A stretch of DNA of 64,000 nucleotides from a bacterium (GTDB lineage Bacteria; UBA10199; 2-02-FULL-50-16; JAJFLM01): assembly GCA_965216315.1 (NCBI GenBank), contig CBDCFN010000016.1, positions 1,728,001 through 1,792,000 of the forward strand, given 5' to 3'. Positions 18,089 through 27,533 of the stretch are shown piece after piece. Within the stretch, counting starts at the first letter, position 1; each line of letters starts with the position of its first letter. The notes beneath the pieces are model-generated. The model was not told the origin of the DNA and did no database searches. It saw only the letters and a program-made list of their open reading frames with translations. The translations under genes and the position numbers were made by a program.

Positions 18089-21000
18089 CTAATTGATATT
18101 ACAAGAACCGGCGCCACCTTGCGGAACACAGGCCTTGATGATCACGTACATATCGCGAGGCGCCGCCAACTGCGGAGAATTATGCTTCAGGCGGAAAGCC
18201 CCCGCCAGGTCAAAGGTCAGACCCGATGGGACCGAGTTACTGTCCAAATGGGTCGTTGTATTCGTATCTGGTACGGAATCAACTGCCGGTATTCCCATGC
18301 GGCGACCGCGCATCACATTCGCCCCAGCAGCGCAATCCGGCATGGTATCCATATGTTGCTTCAACGGATTGTCCCCAAAAATCGTATTCTTGTTGCTTCC
18401 ACCGGCATCCAACTCCGTGGCGCCGAAGACCTGAGTGGTTAAGAGAGCCGCCGGTATCGCCGCGCTGAGACCCGGTTCAGCAACCAGTACATTACCCTCT
18501 GCATCCGCTAGACATTCCGTACTCAACGTTCCTACCATCGCCGAATCAACTCGATCGGTCAGATCTGTCTTAGGATGCATGAAAAGTCGAATCGCCACGT
18601 TATTGGTAAACTGAATCTTACCGCCGGCCGGATCGTAAACACCCAAGGCTTCCTCAAAATCCGCGTCAGAGGAAAAGTCGACCGATTCCGGATTCTTCGC
18701 AATAATACTGAGCGCATCCGAAGATGAATAGTTCGTATAAATGGAGGGTGCCGGCGCAGAAGACTCAAAGCTGGTTTGGTCTTTTGCAATGTAAAGATAG
18801 AATTCCGAACAACCAGCCCCTGGACTACTCTGACAATCATCCCGGAACAACCACTGACCGCCACTGCCTGGACCGGACGCGGTCGGATTGAAGAGACGCA
18901 TCTGCCCCGTGCCACCGGTAAATGCGGGCGGCAACGGTGTGAATACAGGGTCCAGCGTGATAATTCCATTCGCCGCGTCAAAGGTAACCGGCAGTTTAAA
19001 GGTATCAAACCCACTCAGGCTGGCGCGATCACGTTGGCCTGGTGTCACGGTCGAAGTCATTTTGGTCCCATCAGGAAGGGCCGTATTGATACCTCCAACC
19101 ATCCTCAAGACGTGAAGGTTGGCTCCTCCATTCGGCGCCCCGCTCACCCCTTGCAGGCTGCCGTTGAGAACCAAGGGCTCATTCGCAGCACTCTCACAGG
19201 TTCCGCCTTGATTGATCGCGTCACCCGTTACATCCAAAGTCGCACTATGAAGTGTCCGTGAAGTCGCGCCGCCATCCGTAATATAAGCAATGTCACCAAT
19301 TTTAAGTGCTTCGCCAGGATTCAAGATGAGACAACCACTATCAAAGAGCGTCGGTTCTGGAATCGTTGCATTCCACTGAGCCGCATCAACACCCCCAGCG
19401 AAAGTTATATTGCCGTTGGTTACGCGTAAAGCATCCGCCAGGAGCGCGGCATTTCCATTGACAAGATAAACACCGCGGGTGGACGTATCACTTCTGAAGG
19501 CCGTATAGCCTTCGACGGGATCGACTCTGACCGCAGCCTTCGTATTTCCTTCGACACAAATAACATTGGAAGGAAGAATCCCGCTGCAATCAATCAAATG
19601 CGGATTATCCGTAATTCCAGCGTCTAATAGGACCGGATCTTCGATATAAACTTCCAGTCGCGCTGCGAGATCCAAGGTCATCGCGCCGCTCAAACTCAAT
19701 AAGCGATTACCGGCATCGGTCTGAATCAATACACTCGCAGCATCCTGGCGGCAGGGTTTGCCCTCACAGTCATCGGGCTCCGTGGGCAGATTACCGCTGG
19801 GCCAGTAGACTTCATAGAAATAAAGCTTATCGCTGCCATCCGTCGATACCGTTGCCGGCATGGGGCTGAAACTAAACAGCGCATCTTCGAGAGATTCACC
19901 CTGAAGGGTGGCCCCTTTCATGAAATTAAAGGTCAGATCATTTGATTGAACGGAGGTCACCGTCAGGTCACGAACACCACTATTACTGATCTCGTAGGCC
20001 TTGATCACCGGTGTCCCGACCGGGGTCGTTCCATAAGCGACTTCACCATCGCCGGGAATCAGTTCCGGCATCACAGGAAGATTATACGTCTCGCCCTGGA
20101 TCGCACCAACCTCCGTAACCTTAACATCCGCTGCGGGTGGCCGTGCCGTCCCGGTTACGGTAATTGTTAAGGAGCCGCCCTCAAATATATCAATCTCGGC
20201 GGTACAATCCCATTTGGTCGGATCAATGTCATTGTCGACGCATCCACTTGGCTTCGGATCCGTCGGTGCAAAGCGCACCTGAATGTTTTTTGATTCACCG
20301 GAGTTTAATGAGGTCCCATTCAAAAGACCCGCCGCCGCAATTTCAAAGGCCGTATTGTCAGAACTTATATCAAAGACCGGCGCCGCATCAGAAGGCGTCC
20401 CGTCATTTGTAATCGTCAAAGAAATAATCGTCTCGAAACGGGCCAGAACATTGATATCCGTAATCCCGGCATCGACTTCTTCTTTATAAAAAGGCTCATC
20501 GGCCAGATCCACCTCGGCCGTAAAGACATTGGCATCACCCTCAGTGAGCGGAAGGTCCTCCCCATCGAGATCCACACTAATATTAAGATCACCCGAACCA
20601 CCGCCATTATTGCCACCGCTGCTGCCTGTCTTCGCACAGGCCGTTGCTAGGTCGACAAAGGGGGTTCCATCGGCATTCTCAACCGGTCCCTCAATTTCAG
20701 CACCCAAGGCCGCTCCCTGTAATCCGGCCAGGCAGGTCTCGGTTGGAATTGATAAGCCCGTCACCAGGCGCAACCAAGGTTGATTCGGGTTACTCCCGGG
20801 ATTGGTTCCGCACGCCGGAGAGTCCACATCACCATCCGGATCCATTGTGCAATCACACTCACTCGCAGGCGCTATCGGGCAACCGGTAAAAGTAATCGTT
20901 CCTGATGAATCCGCAATGCTGGCATGCGGTTGGGCATCCGAATTCGTTCCCGTCGTAAATGTCAGCGGTAACCCCTCAAGCGGAGGCAACACGGATACGC

Positions 21001-22171
21001 CCTGCAAACCGGTCGTCGAACAGGTCACGCCGGACATCTTAATCAATGGGTCTTCAAGGTTAAATCCGGGATCGGTAAAATCACTGACATAGGCATCGAA
21101 GATCGCCGGCGGAGGTGCCGTATGATCCGTAAAAGGAAACTTGATCAGATTGATCGCGCGAAAATGTAACGGCAAAGCAGTTACGGAAACACGGCCCGAT
21201 TCATCGACAGAGTAATCCCCCTGTCCCACAATTTCAGGTATTTGAATCCCCGGCGCAATGAGCTCACCGTGACCGGCGTCAACCGCGAGATTGGCCTGCA
21301 GGTCTTCACTCGTATTATAAATCAGATAGTCCGGAAACTCAGAAGCCTTGATAAAAATCTTTCCGCCAGCATTGGGATCAGACGCATTATCGGGAACAAA
21401 ATAGAGATTGATGGGATCCTGGTCACGCGTCGCAAAGGGAATCAGCGGCACATTGGTTCGGGCCAGACAATCCGTTTTAGAATCTCCGGAAAACTTGTTG
21501 CATTCAGTAATAAGCGCCGGGTCGTCCTCCGGACCACTGTTCTTCACGCACCCAAACTCAGTGACCTCGTTATCAGTACTACAGGCGTTAGGCAAATCTT
21601 GCGCGGGAAACTGGGCATCGATATAAAGTTTGAGCCCGACATTGTCAGGTGACTTCAGTCCCGCCTGCCACACGACCTTACAGGTATCCGTCGGAATATT
21701 GACGCACTCACACTTGACTAGGTCTATGGTCTGACTTGCGGTACATGTTGGAGGGGTCGGGCACGAATTAACGACACAGGAATTACTCGAGGTATTACAG
21801 GTTTCACCGTCCGCACAATCCTCGTTAACACGACATCCGACCTGACAAACATCACTCTCACAAATCTGATTGTCGCCGTTACTATCATCGGGGCAATCAG
21901 AATCGCTACTACAGTCGGGAGCAGGTGTACTGACATTACAACTCCCGTCCGACTTATTACACTCCTGCCCCGTCGGACAGGTCACGTTGGCACATAGATC
22001 CGTACCGCTACCGCTCCCGCCATCACCTGAATCATCGTCGACGCCGGGGAAGGTAAACGGTGCATCGGAGTTGGGCTCGCTAAACAAGCCGCAGCCGGCC
22101 GTCGTAAAAACGAGCGCAAGTGTGACTAGGAGTGGCAGGAATCGAATCTTATGTGACCTGATTAATCGCAA
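18089..22171 (-). CDS. Giant (~1360 aa) Cys-rich lipoprotein with Ig-like (choice-of-anchor D-like) domains; start moved to TTG at ~22171
   Basis: GAGG 6 nt before the TTG; RSHKIRFLPLLVTLALVFTTAGC lipobox; Cys repeats (CANVTCPTGQEC, CSSDSDC, CRVNEDC); ISLTITNDG..LNSGESKNIQVRFAP and YEISNSGVRDLTVTSV Ig-like patterns. Confidence 0.82.
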   Translation of the reverse strand: MRLIRSHKIRFLPLLVTLALVFTTAGCGLFSEPNSDAPFTFPGVDDDSGDGGSGSGTDLCANVTCPTGQECNKSDGSCNVSTPAPDCSSDSDCPDDSNGDNQICESDVCQVGCRVNEDCADGETCNTSSNSCVVNSCPTPPTCTASQTIDLVKCECVNIPTDTCKVVWQAGLKSPDNVGLKLYIDAQFPAQDLPNACSTDNEVTEFGCVKNSGPEDDPALITECNKFSGDSKTDCLARTNVPLIPFATRDQDPINLYFVPDNASDPNAGGKIFIKASEFPDYLIYNTSEDLQANLAVDAGHGELIAPGIQIPEIVGQGDYSVDESGRVSVTALPLHFRAINLIKFPFTDHTAPPPAIFDAYVSDFTDPGFNLEDPLIKMSGVTCSTTGLQGVSVLPPLEGLPLTFTTGTNSDAQPHASIADSSGTITFTGCPIAPASECDCTMDPDGDVDSPACGTNPGSNPNQPWLRLVTGLSIPTETCLAGLQGAALGAEIEGPVENADGTPFVDLATACAKTGSSGGNNGGGSGDLNISVDLDGEDLPLTEGDANVFTAEVDLADEPFYKEEVDAGITDINVLARFETIISLTITNDGTPSDAAPVFDISSDNTAFEIAAAGLLNGTSLNSGESKNIQVRFAPTDPKPSGCVDNDIDPTKWDCTAEIDIFEGGSLTITVTGTARPPAADVKVTEVGAIQGETYNLPVMPELIPGDGEVAYGTTPVGTPVIKAYEISNSGVRDLTVTSVQSNDLTFNFMKGATLQGESLEDALFSFSPMPATVSTDGSDKLYFYEVYWPSGNLPTEPDDCEGKPCRQDAASVLIQTDAGNRLLSLSGAMTLDLAARLEVYIEDPVLLDAGITDNPHLIDCSGILPSNVICVEGNTKAAVRVDPVEGYTAFRSDTSTRGVYLVNGNAALLADALRVTNGNITFAGGVDAAQWNATIPEPTLFDSGCLILNPGEALKIGDIAYITDGGATSRTLHSATLDVTGDAINQGGTCESAANEPLVLNGSLQGVSGAPNGGANLHVLRMVGGINTALPDGTKMTSTVTPGQRDRASLSGFDTFKLPVTFDAANGIITLDPVFTPLPPAFTGGTGQMRLFNPTASGPGSGGQWLFRDDCQSSPGAGCSEFYLYIAKDQTSFESSAPAPSIYTNYSSSDALSIIAKNPESVDFSSDADFEEALGVYDPAGGKIQFTNNVAIRLFMHPKTDLTDRVDSAMVGTLSTECLADAEGNVLVAEPGLSAAIPAALLTTQVFGATELDAGGSNKNTIFGDNPLKQHMDTMPDCAAGANVMRGRRMGIPAVDSVPDTNTTTHLDSNSVPSGLTFDLAGAFRLKHNSPQLAAPRDMYVIIKACVPQGGAGSCNIN

Positions 22172-22208
22172 CAGCAACCTCGCTTTGAGGGCTCTAAGCC
22201 CTGCCGCA

Positions 22209-22236
22209 TCTATCGTCAATTGATTTCGATTGTTGC
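22209..22236 (-). promoter_or_regulatory. Sigma-28-like promoter motif, copy 3 (GCAACAAT-N11-GACGATAG)
   Basis: Minus strand CAACAA 22235-22230, 13-nt spacer, ACGATA 22216-22211, upstream of the giant lipoprotein. Confidence 0.55.
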
Positions 22237-22337
22237 TAACGCGAGGCGTCAATTCAAACAAAATAAAATGAACATTTTCAAAAACTTGCGAAAACTCTGC
22301 TTGCCTCCTGGCCGGTGTATTTGACATCTTGAGAAGC

Positions 22338-22796
22338 ATGACAGTCGAGCATTCCGGACCCCACAAAAAGCCCAAGATCAGCCTCGTCGAGGTGATGGTT
22401 GCCGTCGCCATTATCGGAACGGCAGCCTCGCTCGCCGTTCCCCGCTACATGAAAGATATGAAAGCCGAACGGCAAGCGGAATGCCCCCGCGAACTCAATA
22501 AAATAGTCGCGGCTCAACAGGCTTTTTTTCAAGCCCATCAGCGCTATAGCGCTAATTTAGCTGACCTTGACTGGAAGCCCCCGGCTAAAGCCGTTTATCT
22601 CTATGGCTTTCACAATGGATCGGTGTCCAAGACAGATAATCCGGAGCTCAGCGCCGACAAACTGCCGAAAACAACGCTTTCGCCACAACATTTCATCATC
22701 GGCTGTATCGGCAATCTCGATACCGATCCGGAACTAGATATTTTTACCATCGATGAGCAAGCAAAGCTCGTCCACCTCCACAACGACCGGCAATAA
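22338..22796 (+). CDS. Type IV pilin-like protein with an atypical cleavage site
   Basis: KKPK-ISLVEVMVAVAIIGTAASLAVPRY..AERQAEC..LNKIVAAQQAFF..RYS; C-terminal GNLDTDPELDIFTIDE. Confidence 0.85.
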   Translation: MTVEHSGPHKKPKISLVEVMVAVAIIGTAASLAVPRYMKDMKAERQAECPRELNKIVAAQQAFFQAHQRYSANLADLDWKPPAKAVYLYGFHNGSVSKTDNPELSADKLPKTTLSPQHFIIGCIGNLDTDPELDIFTIDEQAKLVHLHNDRQ

Positions 22797-22959
22797 CTCA
22801 TTGCTTCTAAGCACTTTTTTGGCTGCCAATATGATGACGTTTTGCGGCAAAATGGGTGATTTTTGACCCCAAATCAGCCATCTCAGGGCCTTGCTGCCGC
22901 AGCACCCAGAGCTCTGTAAATGATATCAGAGACTTACAACCAGCATTCCTAGGCCATTT

Positions 22960-22975
22960 TGGCATGAGATTTGCT
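22960..22975 (+). promoter_or_regulatory. Sigma-54 (-24/-12) promoter for the response regulator
   Basis: TGGCATG-AGAT-TTGCT, i.e. GG-N10-GC; IHF-like TATCAGAGACTTA ~25-35 nt upstream. Confidence 0.75.
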
Positions 22976-23002
22976 TTTTATAAGCAGGGAAGGAACGTTG
23001 GC

Positions 23003-23491
23003 ATGGATAATCTCGCTGAGCGCCTCTCGCATGGAGGCCGAAAACGCATCTTGGTTGTTGATGACAATGAGATGCTGCTCAAGTTCTGGGACCGCTTGTT
23101 GGGTGCCAAGCACCTCAACTATTCTCATTATCAAATCACCAAGAGTGCTGAAGAAGCCCTCCAACTGATGGGTACAACTAAATTCGATATTGCCATTATT
23201 GATATCGTGATGCCCAATATCGATGGTTTTGATTTTGTCCGCGAGGCGTGGACTCAAAACCCTGATATGCAACTTGTGTTCACAACCGCATATGAATGCG
23301 ACTTCCGTCATGTCTCTCTGAGTGCAACTGAAGATAACCGTCGTGACGTGCATGTCTTGTTAAAACCTTACCAAGACATCAGTAAGATTGAAGAATTTAT
23401 CGCGCGTTTGAGCGATGAAGATGCCTCACTCAATAATACGCCGCCCATTAAAAATGAAACCAATCTTCGTTTCCACTTGTGGCGACTTTAA
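23003..23491 (+). CDS. Single-domain response regulator (receiver) with a short C-terminal tail
   Basis: RILVVDD, IIDIVMPNIDG (phospho-acceptor Asp), FTTA, LLKP; AAGGAA RBS before ATG 23003. Confidence 0.88.
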   Translation: MDNLAERLSHGGRKRILVVDDNEMLLKFWDRLLGAKHLNYSHYQITKSAEEALQLMGTTKFDIAIIDIVMPNIDGFDFVREAWTQNPDMQLVFTTAYECDFRHVSLSATEDNRRDVHVLLKPYQDISKIEEFIARLSDEDASLNNTPPIKNETNLRFHLWRL

Positions 23492-23502
23492 TTCAGTAAA
23501 TT

Positions 23503-25701
23503 TCAGTTTGTTAGTAACGTCAGGTGAGCGTAACGAACAAGGAGCTTCTTCACGCGTCCACTTTGGAAAGATACGGTAACTTTCTGGTCTTCGCCCTTGC
23601 CTTCACAACGACGCACCATACCCACTCCAAACTGAGGGTGTTGAACATGGGCCCCCTCGCGAAAGGGCGAAGCCTCACTATCATCAACCGGTCGCTGATC
23701 AAAGTCGCTAAACTCTGGATCGACAGGAAAATCATCATCAAACGAGTCGTGAGCAGATGCAACAAGCGGTGCCTCTATATTACCAGTGCGTTCAATTAAT
23801 TCAGCCGGCATCTCCTCCAAAAAACGTGAAGGCAGGTTCATTTGATCTCCCCCATACAGCCGCCGACGTACTGCCGAGGTCATATAGAGTTTTTGGCGTG
23901 CTCGCGTGACGCCCACATAACAAAGCCTCCGCTCCTCTTCCAATTCCTCGGTATCATCAATTGAACGTGAATGAGGAAAGAGATTTTCCTCCATCCCGGC
24001 CATGAAAACCACATCGTACTCCAGGCCCTTGGCAAGATGAAGCGTCATCAAGGGAACAACACCCAATTCAGGATCATAGGTATCGTTATTGCCCACCAGC
24101 ATCGCACGTTCTAAAAAAGTCGTCAGCGACGGCTCCTCTTCACTCCGTTCGAATTCAGCAACGACGTTCAGGAATTCATCGAGATTCTCAAGTCTTTCCT
24201 CCGCCTCCGTCGTCTGTTCTTTTTCGAGTGATTCACGATAGCCTGATTCATCTAATATGGCCTCGACAAGATTTCCCAAAGTCACTTCCTGCGCGAGCGT
24301 TTGAAACCGGCTCAACAACGAACCCAATACTTTCATCTTGGCCTGCATGGCACTCGGAATCTCTACAAAGCCGCCACATTCCTGGGCTATCTGCACAGCG
24401 GTCTTTTCATATTTCTCTGCCGCAATCATGATGTATTCATAGGCCTTAGCCCCCAGCCCGCGCGCCGGTGTATTAAAAATCCGCTTAAAGGCAACATCAT
24501 CGGCCGGGTTGACCAACAGCCGCATATAAGCCAATACGTCTTTGATCTCCTTGCGAGCATAAAAACTGACCCCGCCATAAATCACATACGGTATCTGACG
24601 TTTACGCAATTCATCCTCAAAAAGGCGTGACTGTGCATTCGTCCGATAAAAAATGGACATTTCAGCATAGGATCGCCCTGATTGGCATTCTTGGCCGATC
24701 GTTTCGGCCACATAGGCGGCTTCCGCACGATCATCCGCCGCTAGATACCATGTGGCATCATCACCTGCAGCACTTTCAGTCCATAAGCGTTTTTCTTTCC
24801 GACCAGAATTGTTGGCAATCACGTTAGACGCTATCTCAAGAATCTTAGCAGTCGATCGATAATTTTGTTCTAACTTGATAACTTTGGCTCCCGGATAGTC
24901 ATCTTCAAAACGCAAAATATTTTCAATATCGGCACCACGCCAGCGATAAATGGACTGATCATCATCACCGACCACACATAGATTGCCATGCTTCTCCGCT
25001 AAGAGACGTACCCAATGATATTGGGCCGCATTCGTATCTTGATACTCATCAATTAAAATATATTGAAAAAATTGCTGATAATATTGAAGAACAGTCGGAT
25101 TGTTCCGGAGCATAAAAACACACTCCATCAAGAGATCTCCAAAATCGAGGGCCTGATTCTCACGCAGTTTGCGCTGATAAAGCTTGTAGAGCTCCGCAAC
25201 CTGCGTTTCATAAAATGTCTCCGCCTGTTCTGCATAATCATCCGGAGTCTTTAGATAATTCTTAGCTCCTTGAATACGCGACAATACAGCCGTTGGATTA
25301 AATGTCTTTGTATCCAGCTTCAACTCGGCAAGACATTGCTTCAGGAGAGTCTTCTGATCATCAGCATCGTAGATCGCGAAATCGCGGATGAGTCCCAAAC
25401 GATCATAATTGGCTCTCAACATCCGTACACACGAAGAATGAAAAGTGGAAACCCACATTCGCCTGACAGAATCCGGAACCAATGTCTGAATCCGCAGCTT
25501 CATCTCTTCAGCGGCCTTATTTGTGAACGTAACGGCCAGAATATTGTCGGAAGGAATGCCAACCTCTGTAATCAAACGCGCAATACGATGGACAATAACG
25601 CGGGTTTTTCCCGACCCGGCCCCTGCGAGCACTAACAAGGGACCCTCGGTAGTCTCAACGGCTTCTTGCTGTTGGGGATTAAGGTTCACCTGTTTATTCA
25701 A
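23503..25701 (-). CDS. pcrA: ATP-dependent DNA helicase PcrA/UvrD
   Basis: LAGAGSGKT, DEYQDTN, VGDDDQSIYRWRGA, LEQNYRST, TLHLAKGLE, EERRLCYVGVTRA; C-terminal Tudor-like VQHPQFGVG. Confidence 0.95.
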   Translation of the reverse strand: MNKQVNLNPQQQEAVETTEGPLLVLAGAGSGKTRVIVHRIARLITEVGIPSDNILAVTFTNKAAEEMKLRIQTLVPDSVRRMWVSTFHSSCVRMLRANYDRLGLIRDFAIYDADDQKTLLKQCLAELKLDTKTFNPTAVLSRIQGAKNYLKTPDDYAEQAETFYETQVAELYKLYQRKLRENQALDFGDLLMECVFMLRNNPTVLQYYQQFFQYILIDEYQDTNAAQYHWVRLLAEKHGNLCVVGDDDQSIYRWRGADIENILRFEDDYPGAKVIKLEQNYRSTAKILEIASNVIANNSGRKEKRLWTESAAGDDATWYLAADDRAEAAYVAETIGQECQSGRSYAEMSIFYRTNAQSRLFEDELRKRQIPYVIYGGVSFYARKEIKDVLAYMRLLVNPADDVAFKRIFNTPARGLGAKAYEYIMIAAEKYEKTAVQIAQECGGFVEIPSAMQAKMKVLGSLLSRFQTLAQEVTLGNLVEAILDESGYRESLEKEQTTEAEERLENLDEFLNVVAEFERSEEEPSLTTFLERAMLVGNNDTYDPELGVVPLMTLHLAKGLEYDVVFMAGMEENLFPHSRSIDDTEELEEERRLCYVGVTRARQKLYMTSAVRRRLYGGDQMNLPSRFLEEMPAELIERTGNIEAPLVASAHDSFDDDFPVDPEFSDFDQRPVDDSEASPFREGAHVQHPQFGVGMVRRCEGKGEDQKVTVSFQSGRVKKLLVRYAHLTLLTN

Positions 25702-27532
25702 CAGTTACACTTTTAGCGAGATTACGTGGTTGATCAACGTCCGTTCCCTTGTGATCAGCTATATGATAGGCCAGCAGTTGGAGTGGAACGACTTCGACGA
25801 CAGGCTGAAGAAACCAAGGAACTCTAGGGACAAACAAAGTATAATCCGATCGTTCAGGAACTACTTTGTCACCACGATTAGCAACAGTAATTACTTCGGC
25901 TCCGCGCGCCCTCACCTCTTCGATATTTCCCAGCACTTTTTCATAAGTCACATCATCACGTGGCGCCAAAACAAGTACGGGCATCCCTCGGTCGATCAAG
26001 GCGATCGGACCGTGCTTCATTTCGCCGGCAGAATAACCTTCGGCATGAATATAAGAGATTTCCTTTAGTTTCAATGCCCCTTCCAAAGCAATCGGATAAT
26101 GGACGCCACGCGCGAAATAGAGAAAACTGGCCGCACCCGTGTAACGGCGCGATAAGGCATCTATTTGATCATCAAGGGCAAGTACCTGACGAATTTTATC
26201 CGGCAATCGGGTCAGGCCTTGAACGGCCTGAGCGAGCTCTTCTTTATTCATATGACCGCGACGACCGGCCCACTCCAGCGAGAGCAGAATGAGCAGCACC
26301 AATTGCGTTACAAAAGCTTTCGTTGAGGCAACACCGATTTCAGGACCTGCCTGTGTATAAAGCGTCACATCAGAAGCACGTGGTATACTGGAATCAATAA
26401 CATTACAAATCGACAGTATCTTTGCTCCCTGCTCGCGAGCATTCTGCATGGCCGCTAAAGTATCCGCCGTCTCCCCTGATTGAGAAACCGCAATAATAAG
26501 GGTCTTTTTATCTATAATAGGGTTTCGATACCGAAATTCAGAGGCCTGATTAACAGATACAGGCAATCGCGCCAGACTCTCCATCAGATACTTGCCAACC
26601 ATACCCGCATGATACGACGTGCCACAGCCAATAATATAAACTTTGTCGAAAGGAAATTTGTTGTCGGGCATTAAGGTTTCCATATCCTCTAAAATCACCT
26701 CTCGATGATCTTCCCCGAGTCGCCCGGCGAGAGTCTGCGCAATGGCTTCAGGCTGCTCATAAATTTCCTTCAACATGAAGTGGCGAAAACCACCCTTCTC
26801 CGCCATAGCCTGGTCCCAGCTAATATGACGTGAATTCCGACTTACCGACTCATTCTCAGCATCATAGAGTTCAAGCGCGTCACGTGTGAGCATCCCATAG
26901 TCACCATCTTCCAGGAAAATGACTTCTCGCGTGTAAGGAAGCAGCGCAGGGACATCGGACGCTAAATAATGAGAACCCGATCCGACCCCAACAACTAAAG
27001 GGGACCCACGACGTGCAATATAGAGATGATCAGGGTCCTGTTCGTTAAGCACCGCCAAGGCATAAGAGCCTTCGAGGTCACCAAGGGCTTTTTTAAAGGC
27101 ATCAAAAATCGTCGGACTCTTTTCGATGTAATGGTCAATCAAATGTGCAATAACTTCCGTATCGGTATCCGAATCAAAGCTATGTTTGCCTCCCTTGGAA
27201 AGCCGTTTGCGCAATTTATCATAGTTCTCAATGATTCCGTTATGGATCACCATCACTGATCCGACACAATGCGGATGTGCATTCCGCTCAGAGGGACCCC
27301 CATGCGTCGCCCAACGAGTATGTCCGATGCCAATGTTTCCTTTAGGAGCCGCACGAAAAACTTCTCTCTCTAAATTAATGAGTTTTCCTTCAGCGCGATG
27401 AATTTGGGGACCAGCCCCATTGAGCACGGCAAGTCCCGCGGAATCATAGCCCCGATATTCCAAACGCCTGAGACCATCCAATAAAATCTCAGTGGCATTT
27501 TCGTTACCTATGTATCCAACTATCCCACACAT
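25694..27532 (-). CDS. glmS: Glutamine--fructose-6-phosphate aminotransferase
   Basis: MCGIVG, LEYRGYDSAG, GHTRWATHG, SQSGETADT, DQPRNLAKSVTVE. Confidence 0.98.
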   Translation of the reverse strand: MCGIVGYIGNENATEILLDGLRRLEYRGYDSAGLAVLNGAGPQIHRAEGKLINLEREVFRAAPKGNIGIGHTRWATHGGPSERNAHPHCVGSVMVIHNGIIENYDKLRKRLSKGGKHSFDSDTDTEVIAHLIDHYIEKSPTIFDAFKKALGDLEGSYALAVLNEQDPDHLYIARRGSPLVVGVGSGSHYLASDVPALLPYTREVIFLEDGDYGMLTRDALELYDAENESVSRNSRHISWDQAMAEKGGFRHFMLKEIYEQPEAIAQTLAGRLGEDHREVILEDMETLMPDNKFPFDKVYIIGCGTSYHAGMVGKYLMESLARLPVSVNQASEFRYRNPIIDKKTLIIAVSQSGETADTLAAMQNAREQGAKILSICNVIDSSIPRASDVTLYTQAGPEIGVASTKAFVTQLVLLILLSLEWAGRRGHMNKEELAQAVQGLTRLPDKIRQVLALDDQIDALSRRYTGAASFLYFARGVHYPIALEGALKLKEISYIHAEGYSAGEMKHGPIALIDRGMPVLVLAPRDDVTYEKVLGNIEEVRARGAEVITVANRGDKVVPERSDYTLFVPRVPWFLQPVVEVVPLQLLAYHIADHKGTDVDQPRNLAKSVTVE

Positions 27533-27533
27533 A

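Noticed and set aside
22172..22411. N-terminal 80 aa of the 1440-aa ORF as given in the track
   Set aside because: It overlaps the divergent pilin gene and the promoter motif; the lipoprotein signal and RBS point to a start near 22171.
9916..22800. Envelope cluster as a prophage or mobile island
   Set aside because: No integrase, transposase, phage structural genes, tRNA or flanking direct repeats seen.
22856..23002. Extended N-terminus of the response regulator ORF
   Set aside because: It contains the sigma-54 promoter; the RBS supports ATG 23003.
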